From an uncultured Acidobacteriota bacterium (GTDB taxonomy: Bacteria > Acidobacteriota > Blastocatellia > RBC074): a DNA stretch of 64,000 bases. Positions 1 to 10,417 of this stretch are shown here, one piece after another. The DNA lies in assembly GCA_963743045.1 (NCBI GenBank), contig CAVUOF010000002.1:108993-172992 (forward strand), read 5' to 3'. The notes beneath the pieces were generated by a model that had not been told where the DNA came from, made no database searches, and worked only from the letters and a program-made list of their open reading frames with translations. How positions within the stretch are numbered: position 1 is the first letter of the stretch; each line of letters begins with the position of its first letter. A program made the position numbers and the translations under genes.

Positions 1-100
1 TGCGCAGCGTAACCTGCGGGGCTTGTGCGAAGACTCCGATGGCCAAGGCCATGCCTACAAGCGCAAAGCCCAGACATCTTGGCAAACTAGACATTTGCAT
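1..100 (-). CDS. partial secreted protein; only the N-terminal signal peptide is in the window, and the gene continues past the left edge
   Basis: Minus-strand ATG at 98-100 is preceded by a GGGGAG RBS. The translation MQMSSLPRCLGFALVGMALAIGVFAQAPQVTLR looks like a signal peptide. Confidence 0.3.
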   Translation of the reverse strand, partial: MQMSSLPRCLGFALVGMALAIGVFAQAPQVTLR

Positions 101-436
101 AACTCCCCTTAAACCGGTCTTTCTCTGTACCAACACCCACCTTGCAAACTACCGGCCAGAAGAGAATAGGCGCAACTTCAATCGGGTCATCCGGACAATT
201 CAATCAGCACGCGATTCTATGCTGCGGAATACTGCGGTACGCCTTAGCAAAACCGCACAACGGCGCGTTCTATGCATGTGCGTCTCGCACGGCGGGGTGA
301 CGCTCTGGATGCCGCTCTGAACCGAGAGCACACATTGAAGCGGCAATTTCCCCATTCTGCCCAATTGAGTGTGCAAGATCACCCAATCGGTTGCCGACAT
401 ACGCCTGGAGGCCACCAATAGTTGAACCGCCGAAGC

Positions 437-452
437 TGGCATATAGATTGCT
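437..452 (+). promoter_or_regulatory. sigma-54 type -24/-12 promoter TGGCATATAGATTGCT upstream of the Hsp20 gene
   Basis: Matches TGGCAC-N5-TTGCW with GG and GC exactly 12 nt apart, about 90 nt upstream of the ATG at 542. Confidence 0.6.
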
Positions 453-541
453 CGATAGTTGTAAGCCCATCACTGGCCAATGGCCGGTCAATAACAGGGT
501 CGCTTTAACAGCAAACGCCAGCAATGGAAAGGAAGGTAGTT

Positions 542-1066
542 ATGCAATCGAAGCAAGCGTTGGAAGCGAAGCAAACCTCCGCCCCAGGTCCGGTCTTTGT
601 CGGATCCGAAAAACTCTCTGAGCGGGCAGTAGAGTTTGCCCAGGCAATTGCCAGACGCGCTTACGAGTTCTTCGAGGGCCGTGGCCGAGCTCTGGGACAC
701 GATCTGGATGACTGGCTTCGCGCCGAATTCGAGTTGAATCGACGTGTTCCCCTGGAACTGAAGGACAACAACAATCAGTTGATCGTCCGCGCGGAAGTGC
801 CAGGCTTCAGGCCGGACGAAATCAAAGTCAGCGTCGAGCCAAATCAGATCATCATCAGCGGAAATACGGAGCAAAGGAAAGAAGGAGAGACGGCGAACGA
901 GGTCTTCTCCGAAATCCAGTCTAATCAATTCTGTCGCCGACTTGGTCTGCCCAAAGAGGTTGATCCTGCGACCGCAGTGGCGACGCTCAAGGACGGTATA
1001 CTAGAACTCACACTGACAAAAATAGCTGCCAGCACACCTACCGAGGTCGAAGTGAAGGTGGCTTAG
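542..1066 (+). CDS. Hsp20/alpha-crystallin small heat-shock protein with a DUF2934-like N-terminal motif
   Basis: ORF 524..1066. The ATG at 542 follows a GGAAAGGAAGG RBS. The alpha-crystallin core is LIVRAEVPGFRPDEIKVSVEPNQIIISG...ATLKDGILELTLTK. The N-terminal motif is IARRAYEFFEGRGRALGHDLDDWLRAE. Confidence 0.85.
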   Translation: MQSKQALEAKQTSAPGPVFVGSEKLSERAVEFAQAIARRAYEFFEGRGRALGHDLDDWLRAEFELNRRVPLELKDNNNQLIVRAEVPGFRPDEIKVSVEPNQIIISGNTEQRKEGETANEVFSEIQSNQFCRRLGLPKEVDPATAVATLKDGILELTLTKIAASTPTEVEVKVA

Positions 1067-1086
1067 CCGGCCGAGTGCCGGCTCTT
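1066..1086 (+). terminator. stem-loop after Hsp20 (GCCGGC-cgagt-GCCGGC followed by tcttg)
   Basis: Perfect 6-bp GC stem immediately after the stop codon. The T-tract is weak. Confidence 0.4.
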
Positions 1087-1377
1087 GCGGACTACACCGC
1101 GAATTTTGTAAGACGTCACCGCGCGTTAATGCTGTGCGAAGTCGTGGCGATGAGCACTTAAACCCTTGCCATCGCCATCGCCAGTGGTGAGGAAGCCTAC
1201 GAGGTTATCGACGCTGCGGATTCCTGTGACTGGAATGAACTGCGCGATGAGGTGGGCGATATCTTTATTAAGAGCTGGTTGGTTGCACGACACTCTTTCG
1301 GCGTGAGAACGAGTCAGCCGAACCTTGCAGAGTGACTCGATGCAACAGCATTTTGCCAGTCTTAAAGACGTCACCCT

Positions 1378-2731
1378 TTATTCGCTTCTCCCTCGGTTTC
1401 GGCCTTCGATCTGCCGAATCTTCAAATAGATAGCCGATAACGCCAAAGAGATCACAATGAGTGAGGCCGCCAGGCCTTTTCGCCTGAATTGAAGTTCGGC
1501 AAGAGCATCCAGTCCTGCTCGATTTGTTTTCTTAGCGACCTCCAGTCCCGGATTGACAGCCGCCCCAAAGAGTTCAGGAGAGAAGCTGTGAATGACGACG
1601 CGCGCGTTAATCAATTTGTCCCGAGCGTCTTTCAGCTCGAACAACGGCCGGCTTACCTCCATTCCTGCTCTGACTGCTCTATCAAGAACGTCCTGTGCTT
1701 CATCGATCTGTCTGGTCAACTGTTCCATCAGTCCGCGCATGCGTTCGGCCGCTTGATGGCCGGCGTCTCCCTGGGTGTGGCAAGTCATGCATTTAGAATT
1801 CTCTCCGGAGCCAAGCATGTCATCGCTTGGCGTTCGGATCTGCATGGTTGCTGTGACAGACCACGCAAGCGGCAAGTTTGGCTGCTTCAAATGGAGTTTT
1901 GTGCGGACTCTTCTGGAAGAGTTCGGACTGACGGCTGTGGCATGTTCCGCAAACGTTCGCGACTGAAGCCACGCCGGGCGGCGCCGCGCCGTGGTTGCCG
2001 TGGCAGTCGTTGCAGGTCGGAGCGGAAAGGTCCTGTTTCTTGAGCAGGGCCTCAGCGTGAACGCTGCCCATATATTTATGCACCTGGTCCGTCGGGATAC
2101 CATAGCTGCGCATATAGTCGGCATTCGCGTGGCATTGGCCGCAAGTCTGAGCGACGTTGGTTGGATAGACTGGCGCGTTGTTGTCGCTCACGGCCCGGAC
2201 TCCGTGAAAGCCGTGACAGCTTATGCAGGTTGCAGGCTTGGTATCGCCTTGCTTTATAAGCTTCCCATGAACGCTCGTGGCGTACTCCGCCTCCTGGTCC
2301 ACCCGCATCGCAGGATTGAACGTCTTCATAAATTCGGCATTGCTGTGGCACTTGCCACAAAACCCGGGTATAGCCTTCGGCGCCGGTTTCGCCACGAATC
2401 CCTTACGCGCATTCATGGCCAACTCCGGGTCGTCCTGGCTCGGGTCGCCACCATGGCAGTCAGCACAGGACAGACCGTGCTGTCGGTGAATGTCGTTCTG
2501 CATTGCCGCGACTGGTGCAGCCAGCTGGTCGCCCATCTGAGTGTGGCACTGGACACAGCTATCCTTGCCCTTCGATGAAGGAACCGCTGCCGCTTTCGGA
2601 ACCGTTTGACTCGCCCCAGTTTTTCCGACCGCCCACGGCGTAAGCAGCCACAGGGCGAGAATGGGCGCCAGCAGTTTGAGCTTTGTGTTACCCGCTCTTC
2701 GACCAACTTGATGAGGTTGACCACCTTCCAT
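1378..2731 (-). CDS. membrane-anchored multihaem cytochrome c (9 CXXCH motifs), frame-broken near 1830
   Basis: ORF 1820..2731 has a signal peptide and 8 CXXCH motifs (CVQCH, CADCH, CGKCH, CISCH, CGQCH, CNDCH, CGTCH, CVVCH). ORF 1378..2124 continues in another frame with CMTCH, a helical region and a C-terminal TM helix ([17 protein letters not shown]). Confidence 0.8.
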
Positions 2732-2743
2732 AAATGTGGCTGC

Positions 2744-3819
2744 CTAAACCAGGTACCCGACTACCGTCATGACCACTATATAAACAATGACGATCAACCC
2801 GATGACTGTGAAGACCGGACTCTTTGTCCCGCGAGCGGCCTTGCGGTCTAGAAAGGGAACCAGCAACCAGAAGAGGCCGCCGATGGCAAAAGCCGTGACG
2901 CCGAGCACGTCGCCATCAACAGGGCCGATCTTCGCCGGCAGAATCTTGAGCGTTTGGAACATGAAGACAAAGAACCACTCAGGCCTGATGCCCGCCGGCG
3001 CTGATGCAAACGGGTCGGCTTTCTCACCTAGTTCCCACGGGAAAATGGCGGCAAGAGCCGCAAGCACAGCAAGCGCGACAAGCCACCCCATGAGATCCCG
3101 CAGCAGGAAATTGGGTACGAACTTCATCGTCTTTAAGCTCTGCCCTTCCAATCCGGGCGGCACGCTCATGCCCTTTCGCTGTACAAGGAGCAGGTGAACG
3201 GAAGAGCAGGAAGGTAGTCAGCGCCGGCAGGACGGCGACATGAAATCCGTAAAATCGTGTCAATGTTGCTCCGGTCACATCATCGCCGCCCCGCAGGAAG
3301 CGCACGAGGAAGTGCCCGATCACGGGAACCACGCCGGCGATCTCCGTCCCAACCTTTGTCGCGAAGAAACGCAAGCTTGTTCCACGGCAGCAAGTACCCG
3401 CTGAAGCCGAATCCAAGAACGATGAACAACAACAGGACCCCGGTTACCCAGGTCAATTCACGCGGCGGGCGGTAGGCCTTCATCAAATAGACACTGAACA
3501 TGTGGACGAAGAGGGTTGCAATCATCAGGTTGGCCGACCAACTATGAATGGATCGAACCAGCCAGCCGAAGTGCACTTCGCCCATGATAAACTGCACGCT
3601 CTCAAATGCTTTTTCGGAGCTTGGCCGGTAATAAAGCAGGAGCAGCGCCCCGGTTACCACCTGCACCACGAACAGGAATAACGTCATCCCGCCGAAGTAA
3701 TACCAGATGCTATGTCGGTGCGAGGGGACCTCTTTCTTTCGTGCGAGCTCCGCCAGCGGCGTCAGGCCCAGACGATCATCGAGCCACGCCAATGTTCCCG
3801 TTCGCCGCATTGGTTCCAT
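2744..3819 (-). CDS. cytochrome b (b6-like N-terminal half fused to a subunit-IV-like C-terminal half), frame-broken near 3375 and 3195
   Basis: Three ORF pieces (3280..3819, 3024..3416, 2744..3169) join into a continuous cytochrome b. Recognisable segments are [57 protein letters not shown] and [10 protein letters not shown]. Confidence 0.85.
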
Positions 3820-3822
3820 CGC

Positions 3823-4272
3823 TCATCCCTTCGACACAACGATCTCGTCGCCACGAATGTTAACAAGGTACTGCTCGAGTGGTTTGGGAGGCGGACCGGC
3901 TATGTTCCTGCCATTCAGATCGTAGTGGCCATTGTGGCACGCACACCAGATGTCTTGCGAGTCGCTACGATACTGGACGGTGCATTGCAAGTGCGTGCAG
4001 GTTGCGGAGAATGCTCTGAACTCTCCATCGGGCGCCTTAACCAGGATGCCGGCCTTTGTGCCAAATTGAAAAATTTTCCCACTGTTCGGCTTCAGCTCGC
4101 TGACTTTTCCCGCTACAACAGTCGACTCCTGAGCTTCGGCGACCTCGGGTGGCACAAGGAATCGCACGATTGGGTACACAATCGAGATCAGAGTCGCGCC
4201 GAGGCTGGTGCCAAGAAGGTAGTTGATAAAATTGCGTCGTGGACCTACCGCCCTGGCAGTCTCTGGCGACAT
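3823..4272 (-). CDS. Rieske 2Fe-2S subunit
   Basis: Carries the CTHLQC and CACHNGH cluster-binding boxes and an N-terminal TM anchor, and abuts the cytochrome b start. Confidence 0.9.
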   Translation of the reverse strand: MSPETARAVGPRRNFINYLLGTSLGATLISIVYPIVRFLVPPEVAEAQESTVVAGKVSELKPNSGKIFQFGTKAGILVKAPDGEFRAFSATCTHLQCTVQYRSDSQDIWCACHNGHYDLNGRNIAGPPPKPLEQYLVNIRGDEIVVSKG

Positions 4273-4447
4273 ACGGCACCTCCTGAATATCGTCTGCAGC
4301 CTGATAGCCGTCGGTCAGTCCGATAGACTTTCACCGGAGCGGAATCTGCGTGAAGAACCGCAGGCGCCACTTTGGGGACGGCTGCACGCCAGCCTGGTAA
4401 CCTCGCATAGCGTGCAAAGGCCGAGCTTGATGACCTGCGAGCAACCG

Positions 4448-4834
4448 CTATTTCTTAAGCGTGCGAATGAACGCGACTATTTCACGGACCTGGTCGGCGC
4501 TCAGACTCGACCCAAAGGCGGGCATTTTGTCTTTGCCCTTTTGAATGATGTTGGACAGCTGGGCATCCGATAGCTTTTGCACTTCGGCAGACCCGAGAGC
4601 TTTTAGACCCATCTTCTTTCCGGTGGGCGTATTGCCACTGCCGTCAGCACCGTGGCAAATGGCGCACTTCGCTCGGAACGTTGCCTCGCCATCGAGCATT
4701 GCCGCGCGAACGACGGGTGCGTGCCCCGGAAGAAGAACCGCCGTTGCCAAAGCGGCGAACCCAAAGGCCGCCATCATTAACCTTTTCAGTTGGGTGGTAA
4801 CCATTTCAGTCAATCTCCTGTTCACCATTCTCAT
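4448..4834 (-). CDS. class I monohaem cytochrome c
   Basis: Signal/TM segment, a single CAICH motif and a distal KMPAF methionine motif. It is the first gene of the Rieske/cytochrome b operon. Confidence 0.8.
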   Translation of the reverse strand: MRMVNRRLTEMVTTQLKRLMMAAFGFAALATAVLLPGHAPVVRAAMLDGEATFRAKCAICHGADGSGNTPTGKKMGLKALGSAEVQKLSDAQLSNIIQKGKDKMPAFGSSLSADQVREIVAFIRTLKK

Positions 4835-5148
4835 GGATCCGAGCCAATTTTGAAGAAACCGTAGAGATTAGGGCGACAGTTGCGCCCCCGAAGAGTTTAT
4901 CGGAGAGCTGCCCAGTCGGATGAAGCTGATCATAACGCTCACAAAGGGTCAAGTGATTGACGATGAAGGCTGTGACTCCGCTTATCTGAATCTATACAGC
5001 AGCCGCTCAGATCGTTTTGATATAGTGCCGACGCCATGCCGGAGACTCGACAGCCCCATAGGGTGTGTGACGACCGGCGCATGGCCACTGAATTCTGGCT
5101 TTGGGGAATCTCAGAGGCCTGACCAGGCTCTACGAGGCGGAGTTCTCA

Positions 5149-6760
5149 TCAGCCTGTTTCTGCCGGGTCTCGCCGTCGGAGCCAATCGGTCGCCATTCGG
5201 GCAAGTGCCCAAAGACTGCCGGCAGTATCCATCGGAAGAGATTCATTGTCGTTCATTGCGCATTGAGGTACGCCCTTCGTCTGCTGCCGCAAGTAAATTT
5301 CCCAAGTGGCATCAGAAAGGCTGCCTCCACGCGCGGCGCGCTCGGCGAGCCTCTGCCGCACAAGTTCCGGCGCCAGCCGGCACTCGATCATTCTCCATTC
5401 GGCGCCAGAGACTCGCGCCATCTCGCGCACCATGGCTCTATCCTCGGCACGCTGAAAGGTGGCATCCAACACTACTGCGCCATCCTCACTGAGTCGTGTG
5501 CGCGCCCATTCGATCATCGTCTGGTAGGTCCGATGATTGGCTTCAGCGGTGTATACCCCTTGCCCATAGCTTGCAGGCTCCTTGGCCGGACCGAAGAGTG
5601 ATTGCCGAACGGCGTCGGCAGAAATCACGCGCAGCCCGAGCTCGCCCGCGACGGCTCGCGCCATCGACGTCTTTCCTGTGCCCGAAAGCCCCGTAACCGT
5701 GATGACCGTGGGCCGCCGCAACCGCGATGCGTACCGCCGCGCCAGCTCGAAAAACTGCCGCGCGCGCTCCGCCGCCGCGGCCTGTTCTTCTACGCTGAAT
5801 TCAGCCTCGTTCAGCCGGAAGCTAAGCACCTTGCCACGCACAAACGCGCGGTAACAGCGGTAGAACGGCAGCAGAGTGAAAAAGTCTTTGTCGCCGGCAC
5901 GTCGCTGGTAACTTTCAGTGAAGAAGTACCCGAGATCGGGCCGGCCTCGCACGTCCAGGTCCATCGCCAGGAAAGCCACTTCGCTCGCCACATCATCACA
6001 CCGGAACCGGTCGTTGAACTCGATGCAGTCGTAGATACAGATGGCATCATCCCTCACACAAATGCTCTCACAACGCACGTCGCCGTGCCCGTCAACGACG
6101 TGGCCTTCACGCACGCGTCGTTCGAATAGGTCGATCCTCGCCAGCCAGTCGTTCACCCATTCGCGAATTGATCGGAAGGTTGCGCCACTGATTGTGCGGC
6201 CGATGAAGGCTGTGGTCTGAGTGAAATTCTCTTCCCAGTTATGGCGAATCTCCGTTGGGCTGCCCCACTTTGCCACGTCAGGCGCGCGTCGGCAGCCCTA
6301 TGGAATTCGAACAGCCGGTCGGCGAGCGGTCAAGCATCGCTTCCGTCACTTCACCGCGAGCCACTAGTCGATCGAGCATTCGGTCGTCCGGCAGTCGTTT
6401 CATCCAGACGCAGTAGTCGACAAGCTTGCCAGCGCGGCCCGAAAATCGGATATGTCCGTCGACCTCGATTACGCTGCCGACGCCAATGTACGTGTCCGGG
6501 CAGAGGCGCCGATTCAAGCGTACTTCGTCTTCGCAGGCCCGTTGCCGCTTTTCTAACGTCGTATAATCGAGAAAGCCGAAATCAACCGGCTTTTTCAGCT
6601 TGACGACATGCTTGCGCCCTAAGAGCAGCACCGAGATGTGTGTCTGAATGACTTTGATCGGCAAGTCATCTGGCGCCCACTCCGGGGCGCAGCGTAGCTG
6701 CTCGATCATCGCCCACCACGACTTCAAATCGGTCTTTTCTTGCGCAGGCACTCCGCTCAC
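5149..6760 (-). CDS. bifunctional aminoglycoside-phosphotransferase-like / P-loop (AAA_33-like) ATP-binding protein, frame-broken twice near 6280-6310
   Basis: The N-terminal piece (ORF 6278..6760) contains IQTHISVLLLGRKHVVKLKKPVDFGFLDYTTLEKRQRACEDEVRLNRRL. The C-terminal piece (ORF 5149..6276) contains the Walker A VTGLSGTGKTS. A third frame supplies LADRLFEFHRAAD between the two pieces. Confidence 0.7.
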
Positions 6761-6775
6761 GAGTGTTCGCCTGTC

Positions 6776-7441
6776 TCAAAATAACGAAATCCTTAGATTG
6801 TCTCTGACGGCCACGACTCCCGGGGCATGGCTGACAGCGCCTACAATTGCCCGCTTCTCCTCCCATGAGTTAATCGAACCGGCGAGCGTTACCGTTCCAT
6901 CGTTCACCTTGACGTCAATGCGGTCAGCCTCGCGATCTGCACGCCGCTCGAGTGCATCCTCAATTACGAACTTTATGTCATTCGGGGCAACTTTCACTGG
7001 ATTGACGACCAGTTTGTTGGTTACACCACTGACGCCATCGCAAGTCGCGGATGGCTTTCTCTGCGTCTTCACGCTCGCTGAGATAGGTTACAGCACCTGT
7101 CAGTGTCACCCAGCCGTTCGCGACCGTCGAGCGAATCTGTTGATCGGGAACAAGCACGTTCCATTCGAGCGCCTCACGTACCGCTTGCGCAATCTCAGTG
7201 TCGGTTCGCGTAAAACTGCCGGTATTTGGACCTTGATGTCGTCGGCTACATCCAGCACGCCGCTTACGCGGTGCGCTGCCTCAAGTGCAGCCAGTTTCTT
7301 GGCGTAGCTGCTTACCGTGCCAGTAAGTGTGACGACTCCCTCATCCACTTCTACTCCAACTTCCGTCTCTTCGACGCGAGTATCCCAGCGTAGTTCCTTC
7401 AGGACATCGTGATGGATTTGTTCATCGGTTTTCGATCTCAT
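6776..7441 (-). CDS. BON-domain protein (OsmY-like, three BON repeats), frame-broken near 7230 and 7070
   Basis: The ATG at 7441 follows an AAGGAGG RBS. BON signatures repeat as VEVDEGVVTLTGTVSS, VANGWVTLTGAV and VKVNDGTVTLAGSINS. It is a paralog of 9230..9896. Confidence 0.8.
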
Positions 7442-7481
7442 AGCAGGTACCTCCTTTTTAAGAAACTGATCACCATTGAAT

Positions 7482-7497
7482 AGCAACCACCGTGCCG
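7482..7497 (-). promoter_or_regulatory. sigma-54 type promoter (reads CGGCACGGTGGTTGCT on the minus strand) upstream of the BON gene
   Basis: Correct GG-N10-GC spacing, about 40 nt upstream of the ATG at 7441. Confidence 0.65.
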
Positions 7498-7751
7498 TGA
7501 GAATCGGCTGCCGAAACCCCGCAATGAGGCGACGTTTGCTAAAGTTCTGCGGAACATTGCGCACCACCGGGTTGGGAGGTTGGGGATTACGCGCATTGCC
7601 AGTCGCTCGCAATTGGTGGTGCACTTCCATGAGCAGAATGTTGACATTCCACGCATTGGCTGAACTTGCCGGCAACCCGCCCAATATAAGGCGCCAGGTA
7701 AAGCAGGCTGATGTCGTTCGTCATCCCATAGAGTCAAGTCACACGGCAGGC

Positions 7752-8226
7752 TTATGCGTTAGGACGTACTGACGACGCCGCCCTGCGCCGCCGCCTTGCC
7801 ACTCCTTCTTCACCAGCGCAAGCAGAATCATCCCGACAATGAAGAAGACCCCAACTGAGAGCAATGCCGGACGCTGGCTGCCAGTCTGCCGCGAGACTCC
7901 CGAAGATCAGTGGGCCGAGAAAAGCCAGTGCCTTGCCTGCCACCCCCAGGAAGCCGGAAGAATTCCGCCGCCCGCTCCTTCGGCGTGAAGAGCGCAAACA
8001 GGCTGCGTGAGACAGATTGACACGAGCCTAGCCCGATGCCCGCCAGCGTGGCGACGACATAGAAACCGGCCTTGCTGGTCGTCAAGTACGCGCACCACTT
8101 GTGCTCTCCTTCAGACTGTCGTACGTCAAGCCTCTCTCTGACAGCTTCATATACTTGATGACTGAGCCGGCGCTTACATGTTGATGAACGTCTGCTTCGT
8201 ATAGCGCTTGTTTTCAGCATAGTCAT
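7752..8226 (-). pseudogene. C-terminal remnant of an MFS (UMF1/Atg22-like) transporter
   Basis: Only the last ~150 residues are recognisable (GIGLGSCQSVSRSLFALFTPKERAAEFF, then GFLGVAGKALAFLGPLIFG in another frame). There is no N-terminal half, and it abuts the stop of the upstream USP gene. Confidence 0.5.
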
Positions 8227-9126
8227 TTCTCTTCTGGGACGACCTCGACCGAGCAGGGCGCATGCGTAGCCACGTAGGACGAGACACTTCCGATCAGGAA
8301 GCGCTCTACGGCCCCCATTCCTCGGGCGCCAACGAAGATGCAGTCAGCTTCCCAGCTTTTTAGCTTCGCTGATCAGCAACTGGCGTGCGCCTTCATGTTT
8401 CATCACTTTGGAGACCTTCAACCCCGAACGCTTCAATCTCGCGACCGCCGTCTCGATCATTTCAGCCACTCGTGCCTTTTCTTCAGCGATCCACTCAGCC
8501 AGGACGGCGTTCGCGTAATCACCGTCGATTAGAGGAAGCACCGCAAAGCCGTTGACTATCCGTACCTCGCTCCGTTGCGGCCAATGGCGCGCGGCCACAG
8601 CTTTCACCGCCGCCTCGGCTCCCCGAGAGCCATCCACGCCTATGATCACGCGAACTGGCTTCCCCAACTCCTTCTCACGGCCACGCGCAATGCGCACGGT
8701 GCTGTGGGCTGCATGCAGCACTTTTTGCGAGACGCTGCCCAGCAGCAGACGTCCTAAGCCCGAACGTCCATGAGAGCCCAGGACGATCAAATCTGCCTTC
8801 AAGTTCTCTGCCCTTTCCAGAATCAGGCGCGCAGGAGATCCAGCCAGGGCCTCCGAATGAATCTTCCACTCAGGGAATGACGACTTCAGCAGGGCCTGCG
8901 CGCGCTGGGCGATCGCCAGAGCGTCTTTACCTCCCTGCTCCAGGTAGCTGGTGAATTTGGTTTCAACCATCCCCAAACTGCTCGGCAGGGGCATCCACTC
9001 CGTGTGAACCGACAAGATATGGACCTCAGTCTTTCTGGGAAGCCCAGCTCGTTTCAGGTCAGCCAGTGCTGCCTTGGCGCATTCTGATTCGTCATAGGCA
9101 ATCAGGATTTTCAACATGTCCGTCAC
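8223..9126 (-). CDS. tandem-domain universal stress protein, frame-broken near 8345
   Basis: [16 protein letters not shown] and [36 protein letters not shown] mark the first domain. A second USP domain continues in another frame as [37 protein letters not shown]. It aligns end to end with 29884..30804. Confidence 0.85.
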
Positions 9127-9229
9127 AGATCGCCCCTCGTCTCAGCTCTCAAGCGTAAAATTCGCTATTGCGAAAACGATTCGGCCCGATAACGTGATGG
9201 CCCCACGGATTCGTGACCGGTCAAATTCC

Positions 9230-9896
9230 TCAGATCGGCGAAATCGTGAGATGGTCTCTGACTAACACAACTCCCGGGGCATGGCTGACAGCGCCTACAA
9301 TTGCCCGCTTCTTCTCCCATGAATTGATCGACCCAGAGAGTGTTACCGTTCCATTGCTCACATTGACATCTATGCGATAAGCCTCACGATCAGCGCGTCG
9401 CTCGAGTGCGTTTTCAATTACCCTTCGTACAGTGGTGGGGCCAACGTCCATGGGATTGACCACCAGCTTGTTGACTACACCCCTGACGCCAAGCAAATTG
9501 CGGACCGCCCGCTCAGCGTCTTCACTCTCGCTCAGATAAGCCACGACGCCTTCCAGAGTTACCCAGCCATCCGCAACTGTGGAGCGAATCTGTTGATCGG
9601 GAATGAGCACGTTCCATTCGAGCGCTCCGCGGACCGCTTGAGCAATGTCGGTGTCGGTACGGAAAAGCCACATGGTATCTTCACCTGGATGTCGTTGGCC
9701 ACATCAAGCACGCCACTCACGCGGTGAGCTGCCTCCAATGCAGCCACTTTCTTTGCATAACTGCTTCACCGGTACCGGTAAGCGTGACGACGCCTTTATC
9801 TACCTCGACTCCGACTTCGGTTTCCTCGACTCGATTATCCCAGCGGAGTTCGTGCAGCACGTCATGATGAATTTGTTCATCGGTTCTTGATTTCAT
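9230..9896 (-). CDS. BON-domain protein, paralog of 6776..7441, frame-broken near 9775 and 9665
   Basis: The ATG at 9896 follows an AAAGGAGG RBS. The sequence MKSRTDEQIHHDVLHELRWDNRVEETEVGVEVDKGVVTLTG...SINSWEKKRAIVGAVSHAPGV aligns by eye with the other copy. Confidence 0.8.
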
Positions 9897-9966
9897 AGCA
9901 GGATCCTCCTTTGATCAAAGTGCTCGCCGGATGTAAGAGCAGCTGTTAGTGATGAGAATAAGGCAT

Positions 9967-10326
9967 TTAGACATTCGGGTGGACGACCTGAAGCGAGCTG
10001 ACCGGAGTAGTCACAAAGCGCTGGCCGTTGGAGCTGAACTCCATCCGAAGTCCGACTCCAAGCCAGCCGAGCTTGATCATCCAGCCTCCAAAGGTTGAGC
10101 CGTTCACGGTCGCATCAACAGGTTCCAAAAAGTGCTTGCCGCCCTTAAGAAGCACGTGCCCGGACTCTGGGTCGAGAAGTGATATCTCGTAGTCGCTATT
10201 GAGGGTGCTAGCGCATATCGTGTCGCTGGGCATCAGGGCGGACAACATCACACCCTCAAGCTTGTCGCTCCACTTGATTGCCTCATCCAATGTGCAGCAC
10301 TCCGGCGGATCGTATGTGGTAAACAT
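9967..10326 (-). CDS. hypothetical protein (119 aa)
   Basis: Intact ORF sitting directly between a sigma-54-like promoter and the BON/USP genes. I did not recognise any domain. Confidence 0.5.
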   Translation of the reverse strand: MFTTYDPPECCTLDEAIKWSDKLEGVMLSALMPSDTICASTLNSDYEISLLDPESGHVLLKGGKHFLEPVDATVNGSTFGGWMIKLGWLGVGLRMEFSSNGQRFVTTPVSSLQVVHPNV

Positions 10327-10401
10327 GGCGTTTTCGAGTCTTGACTCCGGCTAGCTTGTCAAGCACTCCTCCTTTCGATAAGATTCATCCGCTATCGTAC
10401 G

Positions 10402-10417
10402 CGCAATCGGTGTGCCC
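10402..10417 (-). promoter_or_regulatory. sigma-54 type promoter (reads GGGCACACCGATTGCG on the minus strand)
   Basis: Correct spacing, about 75 nt upstream of the ATG at 10326. It would drive the hypothetical-BON-USP gene string. Confidence 0.65.

Noticed and set aside
1126-1374. 82-aa minus-strand ORF between the multihaem cytochrome gene and Hsp20.
   Set aside because: It has no recognisable domain or convincing RBS, and alternative frames are equally open. It could be a small real gene or a remnant, but I cannot support a call.
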